Positions 60,442 to 64,000 of a stretch of 64,000 nt of DNA are shown here, piece by piece. The notes under the pieces were generated by a model that was not told the DNA's origin, did not search any database, and saw nothing but the letters and a program-made list of their open reading frames with translations. A program made the position numbers and the translations under genes. How positions within the stretch are numbered: the stretch's first letter is position 1; each line of letters opens with the position of its first letter. The stretch comes from Prorocentrum cordatum (Eukaryota). Where the stretch lies: the NCBI GenBank assembly GCA_963575745.1, contig CAUYUJ010000010.1:1-64000 (forward strand), given 5' to 3'.

Positions 60442-60993
60442 CCCTACCTAGGCTCTGCCTAGAAGGGTTCTTACTGTCTATGCTTAAAGGGCCGGGCAGT
60501 GGAAAACGCCCCGGGCGGTTCCCCCGGCATCCGCCCCGCGGTTCCCCCAGGTGCGTCTCCTTAGCTTAGCGTTGCTTATCTCACCTTAGCTTAACATCTT
60601 AGCTTAGCTTAGTTTCAGCAAAAGCGAAAACAAACGCAAACACAAAAGCAAAAGCAAAGGCAAGGCAATGCAAAGCAAAAACAAAACCACTGCGAAAGTG
60701 TAGATGTATAGGTAAAGGTAGGTGTAGGCGTATATGTTGATGTAGATGTAGATGTAGGTGTAGATGTAGGTGTAGGTGTAGATGTAGATGTAGATGTAGA
60801 TGTAGATGTAGATGTAGATGTAGATGTAGATGTAGATGTAGATGTAGATGTAGATGTAGATGTAGATGTAGATGTGAGTTTCGCTGTTGATGTTGATGTG
60901 GTTGTAGATGCAGGTGTAGATGTTGGTGTAGCTGTCGGTTTAGGTATAGATGATCCTCTGCTCCAACTCCTAGGTAGGCCGCACTGGGAGAAT
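60442..60993 (-). mobile_element. Second copy of the CCTACCTAGG element, with a (GATGTA)n core
   Basis: Ends are the reverse complement of the 19804-20443 ends (GTAAGAACCCTTCTAGGCAGAGCCTAGGTAGGG; CCCAGTGCG..CCTACCTAGGAGTTGGAG). Confidence 0.75.
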
Positions 60994-62831
60994 TTGAAAA
61001 AAAAGGACCCTGTTCTTGATCCAGGGTTCCTTCTGACAGCGGCCCGACTGTACACGGCGCAGCCACGCTGCCAGCCGCTCGGCCGGCCAGTCGCCGCCAT
61101 CGCCCGAGCAGTGGCGAAGCGTCTTGGCTTGCCTATAGGCCCACCAAGAAATATTATAAGAACCGGGTTGTGTGGTCAGCACGAAATGTGAGTATAACAT
61201 TTATGGTTGAGGCTGTCTTGTGTTCAACACATCGGGTTTCTCTTCTGAGAACATTGTTCTTGCTTTTAGAACACGCTTGGGTTCTACGAAGATTTTGTGG
61301 TAGGCCTGTAGGAATGCCAGGGCGGTCGGTCCCTGGTCAAATCGCCAACGCCGTCCGCAGCCAGCTCGGCCGGGGCCGCCTCGGCGCACGCGGGGACGGC
61401 GGGCGCGCGCCGCGCGCGCCCAACAATATTTCACCCTTGGGGAAGACCCACGCCCACAGCTGCCGGAGCCTCGCCTTGGATCTTTCCCAGGACCCTCCGC
61501 GCAGCGGGAAAACACGACGGGCGGCTCTTCGCTATTGTCGGCCACCAGGGGCCCTTGCTCGGCCCCAGGACCGTGCAACCAGAACGACTCAGGACGAAAA
61601 GCCGGTCCCGGGGGATGGGTCCCGTTGCGAGAAAATCGCGATGTCGGGGGATTTGGGTTGGGGGCCCTAGTCTCAGAGGTGCAAGAAGTCATGGAAATGA
61701 TCACGTGCCATGACTTCCGGGAGTGAGAGGATTTACAGGATGTCTTCATGTCCCACACGGGCTCCAGAAACGAGGGCCGCCAGACACGCCAGACTTCCTG
61801 GAACGCATCCTGGGACAATCGTATCCTGACGCCAGTCTTGTCCTATGTGGTCGCCACGAAGCGGAGGAAGCACACGGGCCCTGAGGGAAGCGGGCTCTGC
61901 TGAGGATGTTTCGCCGTTTCTGGCTTGCCTGGGCCATCCACAGGCCCTGGGGATGTCTACCAACCAGACACGATCGGGGGTTCCCTTCAGGCCTCGTGGA
62001 GGCTATCTTGAGCCATGTTCGGCTAGAGGTTGCCGGAGGCTATCCTGAGCCAGGCTCTGCTATCTTGGACCATCTTGAGGCTGTCTTGAGGCCTCTTGGA
62101 GGTCTGCTGGAGGATACCCTGATCCATGCTCGACCTCAGGACCCAGAACGTCTAGACACGATCCGTACTGAAAAACATGGTTCTGAGGGAAGGCCCCGTG
62201 GTCCAGGATCCAGGACCTGTCTCTTTCAGGACCCGTTTGTGTCAGGCCTATCTCAGCCCACCCCCAGTGGCGCGAAGATCATCGCGCTTCGCGCATGGTG
62301 GCTCGGGTGCGGAGGCGCCTTTCTCTAGGGCGACGGCCCGAGGCTGCGAAGAGAACGGCGCACCGCGGCGCGCGAGGCGCGCAGTCGGGTGACCCAGGAA
62401 TCGGTGGACGTGGACACTCTCTCTCTCCCGCCCCTTCAGGGGCGGGCAGGCGTCCATGATCACCACTCCTCGGGAGGTCGTCGAGATCTCACTTGGCATC
62501 GCTCGGACGTGTGCCTTTTCTCTCGGCGAGAACCGTCGAGGACCAGCCTGGACCCTCGAGCAAAAAAAGCACGCACGAAACCGAACAAATGCACGGGAAA
62601 GGGACGTCCGAGCGATGGCGAGCTCAGGGCACGACTCCGAGGGGGTGGACCCGGGCACCGCAGGTGTTCGCGCCGTGCCGGCTTGGCGGAGCCCCCCCGG
62701 CGCTGGCGCTCGGGGTGGAACGCTGCCAGCGGCCCGAGAGCGGCCTCGATCGCTCAAGGCTAAAAGAGGAGGAGGAGGAGGAGGAGGAGGAGGAGGAGGA
62801 GGACGAGGACGAGGAGGAGGAGGAGGAGGAG

Positions 62832-62931
62832 NNNNNNNNNNNNNNNNNNNNNNNNNNNNNNNNNNNNNNNNNNNNNNNNNNNNNNNNNNNNNNNNNNNNN
62901 NNNNNNNNNNNNNNNNNNNNNNNNNNNNNNN
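62832..62931. other. Assembly gap (100 N)
   Basis: Run of N. Confidence 0.99.
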
Positions 62932-64000
62932 TAAAGACCTTCGCCGGGCCTCGCGGCCGTCGAAAAACGACTCAGGATGAAAAACCGGTCCTGGGGAATG
63001 GGTCGAGACTTCCAGGGACCCCGTATGGAAAAAAACACGACGAAGAGGATCTCGGGGCCCTTGGCGCGCAGAGCGCTCCAGGCGCCGGAGGCGCCGCCGG
63101 GGGGGCCCTGCACAATGGTTTTGTGCTTATGCCGCTTGCCCTCGTTCAGGGGGGGGACAGAACTCCCACCCCGACACGTCGATTAGCGAATTGGCCGTTT
63201 TCGGTTCGCGAGAGGGCGTCGCGGCCGTCATTTTTGCGGGTCCAGGTCCGTCGGTTTCGGCCCCAGGCCGTCTTCACCAAAGGGAGGTTTACTGAAGCGA
63301 GGTTTGCCCACCGCCGATGATTCCGCTTGCCCTTGTTCGACGAGTGCCGAGGGGTGGCCGGCGCGGCGGCGTGGTGCAGAGGCCGTGGGGGAGGTCTCGC
63401 CGCCGATGGCCGAGCCCGAGGCTCGCGCCACGAGGGGAGGCGAATAGCAGGAAGCTGCAGGATCGAGGATGGAGGTGTTTGGGCTTTCTCCTCCTCCTCC
63501 TCCTCCTCCTCATTTAGGTATATGTGTTGCGTGTTTTTGTTGCTAAGGCCTTACGGCCAGTGCCGCCGACCCTGGATACCTCGGCCCTCGAGGGTGACGG
63601 GATGCGTGATAAGACGTCGGAGGTAAATGAAGACGTGGCGGAGGAGGATGCGAAGGAGGAGGAGGAGGAGGAGGAGGAGGAGGAGGAGGAAGGGGAGGAG
63701 GAGGAAGGGGAGGAGGAGGAGGAGGAGGAGGAGGAGGAGGAGGAGGAGGAGGAGGAGGAGGAGGAGGAGGGGGAGGGAGACGGGGAGAGGGAGGGAGAGG
63801 GTCGCCCCGGGGGGTGCGTATCTGCCCACCCCCCACCCACACCCCCCCCAACCCCGGGTGGAGAGGGTAGGGAGGGGCTTCGCCACGACAACGAATTCCT
63901 TCTGTTTCGTGTTCGATTTCCTTTTATTTCGGGCGACGACGATGACGATGACGACGACGACGACGACGGTGATCCACGCAAGACGACGACACTGGGATGC

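Overview
GC-rich, repeat-saturated eukaryotic genomic DNA. GC/GA splice donors, AG|G junction repeats, tiny exons, kb-long introns and same-strand genes point to a dinoflagellate; the Prorocentrum-like assignment is my inference. Most ORFs in the track are microsatellite artefacts. Two real multi-exon genes were reconstructed by hand on the + strand. Gene A (~2961-15700+) encodes a PDZ-like domain followed by Pro/Ala-rich repeats. Gene B (22152-57023, 10 exons, ~359 aa) encodes 8 ankyrin repeats and a C-terminal F-box-like motif. The introns hold microsatellites, several MITE families, Helentron/HINE-like elements (one as a head-to-tail trimer) and degenerate LINE fragments. The most notable signal is that most introns have their two ends complementary to each other, as intron-specific imperfect stems with frequent G-U pairs. 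Two introns required by the ankyrin frame have strong stems but no AG acceptor at the junction, which suggests structure-guided intron definition or non-canonical splicing. A 100-N assembly gap lies at 62832-62931.
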